NCBI GenBank assembly: GCA_963768425.1
Contig: CAVYHV010000014.1
Span: 160,001 to 224,000 of the forward strand
DNA length: 64,000 nucleotides
Reading direction: 5' to 3'
DNA from: Candidatus Bathyarchaeota archaeon
GTDB taxonomy: Archaea; Thermoproteota; Bathyarchaeia; Bathyarchaeales; Bathycorpusculaceae
Shown: positions 21,591 through 31,700 of the stretch, one piece after another
Numbering within the stretch: position 1 is the stretch's first letter
Layout of the letters: each line of letters opens with the position of its first letter
Program-made: the position numbers and the translations under genes
Notes under the pieces: model-generated
Database searches by the model: none
The model's input: the letters and a program-made list of their open reading frames with translations, nothing else
Told to the model about the DNA's origin: nothing

Positions 21591-21749
21591 TTATATTCTT
21601 CGTCCTGAAACTAATCGGACAAGTATTATGAGGATGGCGATGACAAGAAGCAACCAAATGATGGCACCAAGATTGAAGAAGACAAAACCAAGAAGCCACA
21701 GAATGATAAGGATTGCAGCAACTACGAAAAGTAAATCAAGTAAGCCCAT
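21591..21749 (-). CDS. lmo0937/DUF5670-like small membrane protein (52 aa)
   Basis: Manual translation MGLLDLLFVVAAILIILWLLGFVFFNLGAIIWLLLVIAILIILVRLVSGRRI; GTGAGGT SD. Confidence 0.8.
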   Translation of the reverse strand: MGLLDLLFVVAAILIILWLLGFVFFNLGAIIWLLLVIAILIILVRLVSGRRI

Positions 21750-21786
21750 TTTTCAAAAACCTCACTTACAATTAACTCGGCAGAGC

Positions 21787-21823
21787 CTATTTTAAGATGT
21801 GTGACTGTGGATAACCAGCCACA
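21787..21823 (-). promoter_or_regulatory. Dyad + TATA promoter element, copy 2
   Basis: TGTGGCTGG TTATCC ACAGTCACA CA TCTTAAAATAG; 38 nt before ATG 21749. Confidence 0.88.
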
Positions 21824-22238
21824 GCTTTAGCGTGTTATTTACTCTTTTGGAATCACAAATGTGAGTTTTTGAATTGTTTCCGGGTTCAATTTATTTCAAA
21901 CGTCAAGATAGTATTTTGTTTGTTTAATTGGCTATAGTTAGATTTTTTGAGAATTTCTTTAATGAAAAGAGAGAAGCAAAAGTCACTATGAAAAACATTC
22001 AACAACTAAGACAATCAAACGCACGAGTTGTTAAATTTAAATATTAAAAAGGTATACCTGAAATTTAGTCATCCGACGAGAATGATTGAAGAATTTTAAG
22101 CTCAAATGAGTTGGACTTGAATTGCGAGAATGCGGTATTTGTAGTTAATTGATCTGCAATAATTGAAAACATGTTAAAAGTGGAGTTAATGCGCCGGCTA
22201 GGAACCGTGTCTGTAACTGACGAATTCTGAGGCTGATC

Positions 22239-22944
22239 TCATAAAGGATTGCGAGCTGATTCTAGGAAAATTCTTTTAAGAATGGTCGCGCCATCGCTTA
22301 CCTTCAATTTTTTCTCTCCAAGTCTCATTCTATACTTAATAGGTACTTCAACAATTCCAAAGCTTCTTCGTTCTACTTCACTATTTAGTTCCACTTCTAT
22401 ATCAAAACCTTTTGACTTTACATGCCAATCTCTTAGGATTTCAGCGCGAATTGCCCGCAGTCCTGTCAGCGGATCTTGCATGTTTACCCCATTGAGTAAG
22501 CTATGAGAGAAAGCTAAAAGCTTGTTTCCCAAATAGAACAAGTTACGCAATGCACTTCTCTTCGGCGTAGCCATTAAACCTGTTTCCGCAAACCATGCCG
22601 ACCTCTGGGTGGTTATCGAGAATCTGGATCATTTTAGGGATATACTCCGCAGGATAAGTGAAGTCCGCATCTGTAACAACAACATAGTCTACATCGGAAT
22701 CTATGTACCTCATAGCTTTCAAGATGGCGTCGCCTTTTCCTAAGCCATCCTGAAATAGAATGTGTGCACCCAAATCTTTGGCAATTTCAACTGTCCGATC
22801 ATTGCTGTGCCCATCAACCACTAAAATCTGGTTAGGATTAATGTTTTGCGAAATCTCCTTTAACGTAAGACCTATACCTTCCTCTTCATTCAACGCTGCA
22901 ATTACGACGTCAGCGGAACATCTACTATCAAACTCTTTACTCAA
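22239..22944 (-). CDS. GT2 glycosyltransferase, DPM1-like (frameshift near 22560)
   Basis: IAALNEEEGI, VVDGHSNDRT, GLGKGDA, TDADFTYP, QDPLTGLRA, GFDIEVE. Confidence 0.9.
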
Positions 22945-23121
22945 TTAGTTCTTCATCTTAAGCTATTTTTCAAGTTAACTGACATGTTTAACCAATTTTT
23001 CTTTTTCAAAAGTGGACTAAAATTACAAAAAAGAGAGTTCGAATGAATAAATTAAGTCTCAACGCTCATTTACCCTTCTTTATGGCTCGTGATTTGAGCT
23101 ACTTTATATATAGTCATTGGC

Positions 23122-23158
23122 AGAGTTAAACTCGTGTGACTGTGAGCTCACACCGACA
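23122..23158 (-). promoter_or_regulatory. Dyad + TATA promoter element, copy 3
   Basis: TGTCGGTGT GAGCTC ACAGTCACA CG AGTTTAACTCT; ~180 nt upstream of the GT2 start. Confidence 0.8.
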
Positions 23159-23242
23159 TTCTGACTTTTATGTTGAGCTAAATAGTCCAAGTGCTGTGAT
23201 GAAACTGAAACTCGAAACTAAAGAAGAAATGATTGCTTCAGA

Positions 23243-24030
23243 TTAGTCTTCAGCTTTTTTCCAGTCGGATTCAAAACCTGTTCTGAGTACGCCTATAAGG
23301 TTGCTGTTGTTTGTCCAAAGAGAAGGACTTTCGCCTAATCCCGTTTCTTTAGAGGTAGTAATCAATGCTTCTTTATCATCAGACATTATGAAGTGATTCA
23401 AAGGTTCACGATGAAACTTGACATGAACCGAAGTGCCATCGATAAGTTTTTTCACTTTTTCTTTGAGCAAAACGTCAGGGCTTTCTCCTTCAAAAATTAG
23501 TCAAATCTGAGCTGCCTTTCTTTATTGCTTGCTTACATTCATCTGAAAACTGAGACAAAATCGGTATAATTCTTGCCTTGTCTGCAATCAACGCGACTTC
23601 TTTTCTCGAGTTTCTAATCAGTTCTGAAGTCTTTGCTAAAATTGCTTTCTTTTCCGCTATCAGTATGTAGATGCTTTCTTCTCCAGGAACCGGCTGTTTC
23701 CAATCCTTAAGGGACAGCCTCTGGACACTACTCCTCATACCCGTCAACCGATCATCAGATTTGTCTTTTTTCTTCCGCCACCAGAAAGCTTAAGGCATCC
23801 GAAATAGGAGTAGCCCGGACCTCAGCTGGTTTACCCATTAATCTTTCAATCAGGCCCATTTTTTCAAGTGACGGCAAAATTCTATAGACGTCTTCTCTGC
23901 GCACTTTTGAAAACTTCGCTACTTGTCCTACCGTAGTTTTTTCCAGCTTAAGTATTGCTAAGTAAACCCTTGCCTGATTAAGACTCAAACCCAAACCAAG
24001 CAAAAGATCCGTGTTTTCATCGTTTGACAT
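23243..24030 (-). CDS. trmB: TrmB-family transcriptional regulator (two frameshifts)
   Basis: LGLSLNQARVYLAIL...SKVRREDVYRILPSLEKMGLIE wHTH; C-terminal FIMSDDKEALI...SLWTNN domain. Confidence 0.88.
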
Positions 24031-24044
24031 TCTCTATTCATGCA

Positions 24045-24069
24045 ATATAAAGATAGCTATCTAATATAT
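24045..24069. promoter_or_regulatory. Palindrome in the trmB upstream region
   Basis: Perfect AGATAGCTATCT (24051-24062) in AT-rich symmetric flanks, 21-32 nt upstream of the trmB ATG. Confidence 0.4.
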
Positions 24070-24552
24070 TTATTCAATTGGTATATCACTCTGCTTGATT
24101 AGGTAGATATCAGATCCAACTAGTCTCATACTAATAGTTTCTTTTTTAAATTTAGTATACTCTGGAAGTGTAGCCATCTTAACTCCCTTAATGATGATCT
24201 CCTTTCCTTCTTTGGTCTTCTTTACTTCTTTCTTAGATAGATCATAGCCATGTGTACGTGCAAATTCCTTTAAATATCGATCAAGTATTGGATAGACCTT
24301 TCTTACCAGTGCTTTCCTCTCTTTCAGATTTAGATTACTAAAGTTCTCTAATTGGAACACTTTCTCAAGGTTTAATCTATAGGCATTCCTTGACATCTTA
24401 CCTACTAGCTTTATAGCAGCAGCTAGATTAGAGTATTTAGGTTCTTTTCCTTTCCTTATAGTCTTTATTGATTCCACAGGTACGATATCAGCGAATAACT
24501 CTTCCTTAAGTTTACTTAGCTGTATCTTTATCTGTAGTGTTATCTGTAGCAT
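24070..24552 (-). CDS. AT-rich, Lys-rich hypothetical protein (foreign-looking)
   Basis: 160-aa ORF with visibly lower GC than neighbours. Confidence 0.5.
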   Translation of the reverse strand: MLQITLQIKIQLSKLKEELFADIVPVESIKTIRKGKEPKYSNLAAAIKLVGKMSRNAYRLNLEKVFQLENFSNLNLKERKALVRKVYPILDRYLKEFARTHGYDLSKKEVKKTKEGKEIIIKGVKMATLPEYTKFKKETISMRLVGSDIYLIKQSDIPIE

Positions 24553-25227
24553 TAATTAAAGAATCAGACTCTAGTCTTTTTTTCTTTTCTCTTCTTTATT
24601 TTTGACATTTCAAAGCCATAGGATACTATTCTCTATACTGTGGTACTTAAGCATATGGATATGGTCTACATTGCTTAGACAACAAATAGAGTATAGAAAA
24701 AGACTCAGGATATTTTACTAAACTGTCGGATCTGTTGTTAAACTACATATCGCGCGCAGCATGTCAGAGGAATTGATCCCTTTCTGCTTTGTTCGCGTGT
24801 CAATATTATGTTCGATGGGAGGAGCACTTTTTCCAGTTCTTTGAGACCTTTGAGTACTAAAACACCTCGGGGAGTAATCTCGTAGACAATTCTTCCTTCC
24901 TTTACAGACTCTCTCCAATTAAACCCTGTTTGAATAGAACCTCGACAAATTCACTGAATGTTTTGGAGTTGACGAACCTTTTGCATGCATTTATATCTAA
25001 AATTTTTAGCAATTTTCAGAAAATTGCAAGGCTATATCCGTTTTTCGAATATTTGATTTGTCTTGATTTTGAAGGTTTCTCTTGTTAAAGAAGGAGAAAA
25101 ATTTGCTTAGTAATCTGAAGGAGGTTCAACTAAAATCCGATGGAAAAATTTTGAGACGTGTGTTATAGCAATTTCAGAATTACTTAATCGATTGCTCTAT
25201 TCGATTTAAATAAAAGGGATATTCGGC

Positions 25228-25572
25228 TTACGAGAGTACGAAGCCGATGATTATGCCTATTACGAATCCAATGCTTAGTGGTAGTATGCCTATGATGAGT
25301 GCACCGTATTGATACACAATTGACCCGTATTGAGTTGCATAATTTTTCAACGAACTAAGACTTAAACCGAAAAAGCCGAAGTAGGCAACTACGAAGAGTA
25401 TAATTGCAGCTATAATGGCAATCTTTAGGAATAAATGGATTAGATACCCCACAATCAATCCGACGACAAATATTATTATCATTAAGACAATGGGTGGCAA
25501 ACCACCTATGCTTCCAGAAGTAATAAAATGAAATACTTGATCTATCGCGCCCAAAATCCACAACTCCATCAA
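25228..25572 (-). CDS. Small multi-TM membrane protein (probably leaderless)
   Basis: GLIVGYLIHLFLKIAIIAAIILFVVAYFG...LPLSIGFVIGIIIG, loosely FUN14-like; start 24-27 nt from motif copy 4. Confidence 0.7.
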   Translation of the reverse strand: MMELWILGAIDQVFHFITSGSIGGLPPIVLMIIIFVVGLIVGYLIHLFLKIAIIAAIILFVVAYFGFFGLSLSSLKNYATQYGSIVYQYGALIIGILPLSIGFVIGIIIGFVLS

Positions 25573-25595
25573 TTAAGTTAATAGAGTTTAAAATA

Positions 25596-25633
25596 GCTAT
25601 TAAACTTGTGTGAGCTGTAGCCCCACATCAACA
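25596..25633 (-). promoter_or_regulatory. Dyad + TATA promoter element, copy 4 (1-nt insertion)
   Basis: TGTTGATGT GGGGCT ACAGCTCACA CA AGTTTAATAGC. Confidence 0.72.
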
Positions 25634-25723
25634 AAGCGTTATGCTGCTTGAAAAGTCAAGGTATGATTCAGAGCCCAAAAACTGTGAGATTATTCTATAA
25701 GCAAAACCTGGTTGATGCTCAAA

Positions 25724-25760
25724 TGTTGCTGTGGCTTCACAGTCACACACACTTAATTCT
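25724..25760 (+). promoter_or_regulatory. Dyad + TATA promoter element, copy 5 (divergent from copy 4)
   Basis: TGTTGCTGT GGCTTC ACAGTCACA CA CACTTAATTCT; 35 nt before ATG 25795. Confidence 0.85.
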
Positions 25761-25794
25761 GCAATAAACGACCTTTAGATGGAAGGTGATAGGA

Positions 25795-25932
25795 ATGCCT
25801 GAAGAGAAGAAAAAAGTTGAAAATGCTGCTGAAAAAACTGGAGAAGCAGTCGGCAAAGGCATCAAGAAAGGTGCTAAAGCAGTCGAGGACTTCGGGAAAG
25901 GAATAAAGAAAGAACTCAAGAAAAAAGAATAA
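25795..25932 (+). CDS. 45-aa hydrophilic amphipathic (LEA/YtxH-like) protein
   Basis: Manual translation MPEEKKKVENAAEKTGEAVGKGIKKGAKAVEDFGKGIKKELKKKE; AGGTGAT SD. Confidence 0.8.
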   Translation: MPEEKKKVENAAEKTGEAVGKGIKKGAKAVEDFGKGIKKELKKKE

Positions 25933-26253
25933 AGACAAAATCTCCTGTGGAAAACCCGAAGAAGCGGCGAATCTTGTAGACTGGACGAGAAACTGGCGAA
26001 AACAATTCTGAGAATACAGTTTAGCGCATAACCTGTTCTTCAGAAAATATTTAGTAGCTGCCACTCGCAGTTTCCTGTTCTTCTTTTCTATACTAGCTCT
26101 TCTTCTTCCTTAAATCGTTTCGGTCGGGGGTCTATCTCTACAGTTTAGACTCAGGCAGCTCATTCTCGATCTCTTTTTTCCAATTCTTCAAGATTTTTGC
26201 AGCGAATGCATACGTAACGCTTCTGGTTTACTTGAGATACTGTTTACCTGACA

Positions 26254-26502
26254 TCAGAGCGTTTCTACTTCAACCTCTTTATCATTCAGCATTCTCATGA
26301 ATCGTCCTCCTTCGTGAACTATCTCTCCTACAATTGCCTTATTGGTCTCCAAGAATAAGTGCCATGCATTTATGCAGGTCTCTATTACCAAGTAAACTTT
26401 CTGATACGATTGAGAAATAACATGCAATCGTATTTCTGCTACTCGATTGTTCAACTCTTCCTGTTTCGTGAAATCCATGGATTTCCCTATAACCTCCGTC
26501 AT
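26254..26502 (-). CDS. Hypothetical protein or fragment
   Basis: 82-aa ORF only. Confidence 0.3.
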   Translation of the reverse strand: MTEVIGKSMDFTKQEELNNRVAEIRLHVISQSYQKVYLVIETCINAWHLFLETNKAIVGEIVHEGGRFMRMLNDKEVEVETL

Positions 26503-26972
26503 TTCAATCAGACTTTTTTTTTATAATTTGCCTGTCCCTATTTGAAATTCCGATTTTTGTACACCAAAGTAGTTGGTAACCTTCAAGGGAAAATTTGCTC
26601 AACAAACATCACCTATACAATACATGTAACTGGCAATTATTAATTAGCTTATTCTTTATTTTCGTTTCACTCTAAATAGTTGTAGTTGGTGCTTTAACCA
26701 CAAGATTACCTGATTTTCAGCTCGGTGTCGCTTTTTGTTGTTGGCAACAGCAGAATAAACATTGGACTGAGCAGAAGCCCTAACCGGAAACGAATAACCG
26801 TTTCGTTACAATTTATAGAAAACCATTGAGAATACCCTTCAGGGCTTGTAACTTCTTGAAAAAATCGCAAGTTTTTCTTCTGAATAAAAGCATAAGCATC
26901 AGAATCTCCAATAGTCCCCTGCTCGGCCGCAAAAAACAGAAAACAAAAAGCTGCTAAACTACAACAGTTTAA

Positions 26973-27790
26973 TTGAATGTCTGGGAGAAAGGCCACTTGG
27001 CGATTATTGCTGTTTCAGACTTGCACCTAGGATTCGATGCCTCTGACAAGGCTGCGTTTACCCGCTTCCTCGGAAACCTTCAATCCGACCCCAGCGTTAC
27101 AGACCTCGTCCTTCTCGGCGACATCGTGGACATGTGGAGACGAGATTCATCAGGCATTTTCCTCGAGAACCATGATGTTCTCGACCTTATCAACGAACTA
27201 CAAGAAGAAGATGCGCATATATTACGTTGCAGGAAACAATGATTTCCACGTCCGCAAGCTACAAGGCCTAGGATACCCAATCAACTTCATTAATGGACCT
27301 GAAGCTTCAGCAAGACGGCCTGAATCGCAGGTTTGTTCACGGCTGGGAGTTTGACGAGATGCAGAGGAAGCACTTCATGGAATCGCTGTGCCACTCAATG
27401 TCTGATCAGAAGGGCGAACGCGACACTAACATTTGGGCTGCTCTTGGCCGTTACGAAAATGACCTGTCTCGTTTTTTCTCCATGATTGATCGGGGAAGAA
27501 AACGCCAAATCGCTGAGATGTTCCGGCTAGGTCCAGAGCAGAGGCTCATAGAAAACCTGAAAGGTGTAGAAAGAAAGGCCCGTTCCACAGTTCAGCCCAG
27601 GGAAGTTCTTGTCTTCGGGCACACCCACAGACCCTTCGTGAACAAGGCCGAGAACCTCGCAAATACCGGCTCATGGGTTACAGACTGCGCCTATCCACAA
27701 TACATATGTGCGGATAGAAGGTGGCAAACCCAGGCTATTCGTGTTCAAAGGAGCCGAGATAACGGAAAGAGCCGACATCTAACTATCACT
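26973..27790 (+). CDS. Calcineurin-like metallophosphoesterase (frameshifted, end approximate)
   Basis: VSDLHLG, LLGDIVDMW, YVAGNND, FVHG, VFGHTHRP, ANTGSW spread over three frames. Confidence 0.88.
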
Positions 27791-27844
27791 TCCATTTTTC
27801 TGCGGCTAAGAGTATGCGCGCTGCCCTGTTCTGATATTATGTAT

Positions 27845-28235
27845 TGAAGTAGGCAGGTCTCTTCTATGATCTTGTTTAGGTTGTCTTCTCCAACTTTTCG
27901 GATGAACCTGCTAAGAACACTTCTTGTGTAGCCTTTCTCATCTTTCTTGATTAAACACAGTTTTCTAAGCCTTGGATCGGTGTCGAGTAGGCATGTCATT
28001 TCGCTTAGACTGCGAACACCCTTCATGCACATGACAATGAAGGTTCTGAAAAGTCCCAGGGGATTTCTGGAGGGACTGCCTGGCCCAGAAGAGTGAAAGC
28101 AATCTTTCAAAACGTTTTGTGCAAAAATTAGGTCGATATTTTCAAAGAGAATTTCAAGAATTTTATGTTCATCTTGTCCCGCCAGAATGCAGCGCCTAAG
28201 CTTGGACTCAAACTCGTAAAATACGATAGTCCAAT
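27845..28235 (-). mobile_element. Truncated transposase fragment (DUF772-type N-terminus, IS5/IS1182-like)
   Basis: GPGSPSRNPLGLFRTFIV...RSLSEMTCLLDTD...RSVLSRF; no DDE domain seen. Confidence 0.65.
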
Positions 28236-28269
28236 TACTCTTATTAATTTAAGGACAAGCCAGCGCGCT

Positions 28270-28306
28270 TGTAGTTGTAGTTCTACAGTCACAAACCGTT
28301 AAGTAG
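28270..28306 (+). promoter_or_regulatory. Dyad + TATA promoter element, copy 6
   Basis: TGTAGTTGT AGTTCT ACAGTCACA AA CCGTTAAGTAG; 46 nt before ATG 28352. Confidence 0.85.
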
Positions 28307-28351
28307 AATTGAAAAGACATTGGGTCAGTCATACGAGAGGTGATTGGATAA

Positions 28352-28471
28352 ATGAGGTTTTTGCATAATAACAAAGGTGGTTTAGGTAGTTGGCTCTGGT
28401 CCGCTATTGTAGTAGTAGTATTAATAATAGTTCTTATCGTTGTTTTGAGATTTCTTTTTCATTTGATATAA
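28352..28471 (+). CDS. 39-aa single-TM peptide
   Basis: Manual translation MRFLHNNKGGLGSWLWSAIVVVVLIIVLIVVLRFLFHLI; GAGGTGAT SD. Confidence 0.75.
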   Translation: MRFLHNNKGGLGSWLWSAIVVVVLIIVLIVVLRFLFHLI

Positions 28472-28789
28472 AGGGAAGCTAAGATAAAGATTACAACCTA
28501 ATCTTTAGCTTACCCTATCTGTTTGTTTTTTATGTTGTTGTGTCGTTTTGTGTGTGTGGATTAAATTTTAATCTTTCTCTCTCTGAAACTTACGAATTAC
28601 TAAACTTAACGACGACCTTACTCTCACTGTACTAACCCTTAAGCAAACCCACAACTACACGAAGCGACACCCAAAAGACGGAAAAGACAGTGAGACCTCC
28701 GCTTAGCAGTTGTGCAGTAGTTCTTCGATCTCTTGAAAAACTATTTCAACTGACTATCGGAAGCCTTGAACAGCTGGTTTTACGCTTTG

Positions 28790-28954
28790 TTAGAGTTTTC
28801 TTTTGGCTTTGCCTAAGTCTTCTTCGATTTTCCCTTTTACTTTCTCAGCTTCGCCCTTAATTATTTGACCTGTGTTGCCAGTAATTTTGGCCCCGCCTTC
28901 GCGGATTTTGCCTTGGTCCTTTTTGAGTTTACCTTTAACTTCTTCTTCGCTCAT
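28790..28954 (-). CDS. CsbD-like general stress protein (54 aa)
   Basis: Manual translation MSEEEVKGKLKKDQGKIREGGAKITGNTGQIIKGEAEKVKGKIEEDLGKAKRKL; GGTGA SD. Confidence 0.82.
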   Translation of the reverse strand: MSEEEVKGKLKKDQGKIREGGAKITGNTGQIIKGEAEKVKGKIEEDLGKAKRKL

Positions 28955-28987
28955 AAAATTTCACCAAAAGAATAGAGTCTCTGCGAT

Positions 28988-29024
28988 TTTATTAAGCGTA
29001 TGTGTATGGTGCTTAACACTCACA
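28988..29024 (-). promoter_or_regulatory. Dyad + TATA promoter element, copy 7 (degenerate right arm)
   Basis: TGTGAGTGT TAAGCA CCATACACA TA CGCTTAATAAA; 34 nt before the CsbD-like ATG. Confidence 0.68.
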
Positions 29025-29894
29025 ATGATGAACATAGCCTTCGCAATGTACGCTGATCAACGATTGCTTTTGGGCCTTCCAAAAACTTACATCATAGAAG
29101 GGAAGAAGCCTATTCACGATTAAGCTAATCATCAGAACATATAAACAATAAATAATTTCTGGGTTGACTTGTTCTTTGTCACAACCCGCGGAAGGCCTTT
29201 GCCCTTGCAGTGTACGCTGAGTTAACTACCATCACAATACAAGCGCGCCTATCAGCATAATAAGGCCTGCAGTTAAGGATGAACATAAAGTTAAAGTAAT
29301 AGCATAATAACAATCACCTAAGCTTTCATCAGCAAGATATGCAAATCATCTTATTATTCCGAGAAGTGTTCCGAGACCAAGATACATTATCATGTCCCAA
29401 TTTGTAAAATTGTAAGCACAGAAAGAAACGCCAAGTGCCATTGTGTTAGCGAATGTTATTAGTCTGCGCGCGTGCTCACAATAAATTAACGTTACATACA
29501 ATTACAGAAGTGCGTGCCGGCCTGTTGCAGAATTCCAAAGAAAGAGAGATTTTGATAAATTTAGGTTTATTCTTGATATTCATCTGGATTCTTTTGACAG
29601 GAAGATATTTGATATTCTCAAAGAGAAAGATCAGCTTCTCACCCTACCCGAGTTAGGAGAGGACTCAGAGTTTGCCTTTCAACTGTCATGATCCATCTGG
29701 AGTGGCTTGGTCTAACCATATCTACAGAATATTCTATGATTTGTTTCATAAGTATGAGCGCATTCTCAATTCGTCAGGGAGAAGTCTGCAGTTAAGATTT
29801 CGTTGAGTTGGCGATGCGATTTTGAACCGTTTCGGATAGCTTTTTCCTCAAGTTTTCATCGTCGTGGGTCCATACATTGATCTGGTCAATTCTC

Positions 29895-30569
29895 TTAAGC
29901 TAGTTCTTCATCACCAATAACGTTTATGAACCATCTTTGAAAGTCTTGACGCTGAAAATGAAACGTGACAGACTGAATGGGTACTATTTGGAGTTTTTCG
30001 GCGAACTCAATTGTGTTACTTGCAGTTATTCCAGTATTTTTTCCGAGCGCAATGTAAAATTGAAAGCTTTTTTCAAAGGGAACGGTGTTGATTAGGTTTA
30101 GCGGTAGGAATGGAGTATTCAACTTTTTCCCCAGCTCTATCGCCCATTCCTTCACTCTACCCATGTTCAGATCGTCCATGATGGTTCTATTTTGGCTAAT
30201 CATGCAGCCTCCAAAACCAGCAACGTCAATAAGCTTGAGAGACTTATTTTTAGCCAGTAATTTTTTTTGGTTGGCTTCAGTATTTAGCGCTTTCGCGTCT
30301 TCCTTATTCTCGCATAAGAAATAGAGCGCGACATTTTTGCCTTCAAAGTCCTTCTCCATAAAATCCACAGCTTCGTTGTAAACGCTGTTTCCAGCCCCAC
30401 CGCCAACAATAATGTTTTGGAATGATGCAATGTCCGCTGGACCCTTGCTAAGATCCGCGAGAGTTGCATCCATGTTGTAGGTTGTTTTGAGGGTGTCAGC
30501 TATGGTATGTGCTACTTGTTCATTTAATCCACTTATTGTCGAAAAAACTATTAGGGTTTTTCCCGTCAT
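29895..30569 (-). CDS. Flavodoxin-like domain fused to DUF5752-like domain (C-terminus probably continues past a frameshift)
   Basis: KTLIVFSTISGLNEQVA flavodoxin start; FQFY...SVTFHFQRQDFQRWFINVIGDEELA. Confidence 0.75.
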   Translation of the reverse strand: MTGKTLIVFSTISGLNEQVAHTIADTLKTTYNMDATLADLSKGPADIASFQNIIVGGGAGNSVYNEAVDFMEKDFEGKNVALYFLCENKEDAKALNTEANQKKLLAKNKSLKLIDVAGFGGCMISQNRTIMDDLNMGRVKEWAIELGKKLNTPFLPLNLINTVPFEKSFQFYIALGKNTGITASNTIEFAEKLQIVPIQSVTFHFQRQDFQRWFINVIGDEELA

Positions 30570-30609
30570 TGTTCTTCACTTTCCTTATATCACATTTAAC
30601 ACGCACGCT

Positions 30610-30646
30610 TAATTTTAAGATGTGTGACTGGGAATAAACAGCTACA
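30610..30646 (-). promoter_or_regulatory. Dyad + TATA promoter element, copy 8
   Basis: TGTAGCTGT TTATTC CCAGTCACA CA TCTTAAAATTA; 41 nt before ATG 30569. Confidence 0.88.
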
Positions 30647-30846
30647 CCTGCACTGGCGATTGCGTTAAGTAAGCTTTTTTTATGTTTAGCTTCTGCCCAT
30701 CTTGCGAGTAAGGTTATTGACACCTTCTTGTTTATCATACATGAGCTTCAAACTTTTGTCTTAAATAGCGAAATTAAGTGAATAAGCTAAAATATGCCAT
30801 TAAAATATGTTTGAATATTCTTGCACTATGACTATTTATTCAATTT

Positions 30847-31173
30847 TTAAGATTTCAATTGCTTTCTTATGATGATGAAAAGCGCCAAAAGGAGCAGTGC
30901 GCCAATGACGCCTGAGGTGATACCTGTGATGTACCAAGCTTCCCACGGAGGCATGAAAGTCATAAGGTACTTCAGTGACCCGATGAGGATAAATAGGGAA
31001 GCAGACCCTATGAATGAAATTACCAGGGAAACCAAGATGCTAATAATTACACTTGTTATGAGAATTTTTTTGAGGCGTTTCTTAAGTTCACCCTGTTGTT
31101 CATGTACATATTCTCTTATAACGGCTTTTATCTCATTGAAGAAAGACTCGATAATTTCCTTTATTGTGGGCAA
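30847..31173 (-). CDS. Holin-like/YqjE-like two-TM membrane protein
   Basis: Charged N-terminal helix, then two TMs with the ...MPPWEAWYITG pattern. Confidence 0.6.
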   Translation of the reverse strand: MPTIKEIIESFFNEIKAVIREYVHEQQGELKKRLKKILITSVIISILVSLVISFIGSASLFILIGSLKYLMTFMPPWEAWYITGITSGVIGALLLLALFIIIRKQLKS

Positions 31174-31231
31174 TTAATTCTTCCTTCTTCGTCCAAAGAG
31201 AGCAGATTGTCAGCCAATTCTATCAAAATCT

Positions 31232-31459
31232 TCATTGATTGTGGACGTTTATTGTTCCTTGTGGCTTTGCTGACTTGAATAAATAATATCCGTACAGGAA
31301 CAGGAAGAGTGCTATTACTAAACTGCCTAGTCCTAATGGGAGAACAAGGCTTGTTGCAATGAATTTAAAAACTCTTAAGAGTACTGCAAGTCCAAAAAAT
31401 ACTATCAGAACTGCTAATATACAGATTCCTACACCGCCAATCCAACTTCCAAATCCCAT
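31232..31459 (-). CDS. Small two-TM membrane protein
   Basis: 75-aa hydrophobic ORF with AGGTGG SD, behind the lmo0937-like paralog. Confidence 0.65.
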   Translation of the reverse strand: MGFGSWIGGVGICILAVLIVFFGLAVLLRVFKFIATSLVLPLGLGSLVIALFLFLYGYYLFKSAKPQGTINVHNQ

Positions 31460-31513
31460 ATTTTTCCACCTTTACCCCATTTATTTCTTCTCTTGATTGT
31501 CCAATGTTATTTT

Positions 31514-31666
31514 TTACGTCCTGAAAGCTAGTCGTGCAACTATTATGCTTATGGCTGTGACAGGCAGAACCCATATTATGGTGCCTAGGTTAAAAAAAAC
31601 AAAACCAAGGAGCCAAAAGTTAACAAGTATCCCAGCGACTAAGAAAAGTGAATTAAGTAATCCCAT
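31514..31666 (-). CDS. Second, diverged lmo0937-like paralog (50 aa)
   Basis: Manual translation MGLLNSLFLVAGILVNFWLLGFVFFNLGTIIWVLPVTAISIIVARLAFRT; aligns with 21591-21749. Confidence 0.7.
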   Translation of the reverse strand: MGLLNSLFLVAGILVNFWLLGFVFFNLGTIIWVLPVTAISIIVARLAFRT

Positions 31667-31700
31667 TCCAACGTCTCACTTACCATTAACTTGGTAGAGC

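Noticed and set aside
29457-29489. Possible tenth copy (...GCTCACA ATAAA TTAA) on the plus strand
   Set aside because: TTAA spacing fits, but both arms match poorly and no clear gene follows
31540-31575. Apparent extra motif copy (ctgtgacagg)
   Set aside because: Lies inside the second lmo0937-like CDS and has no matching left arm
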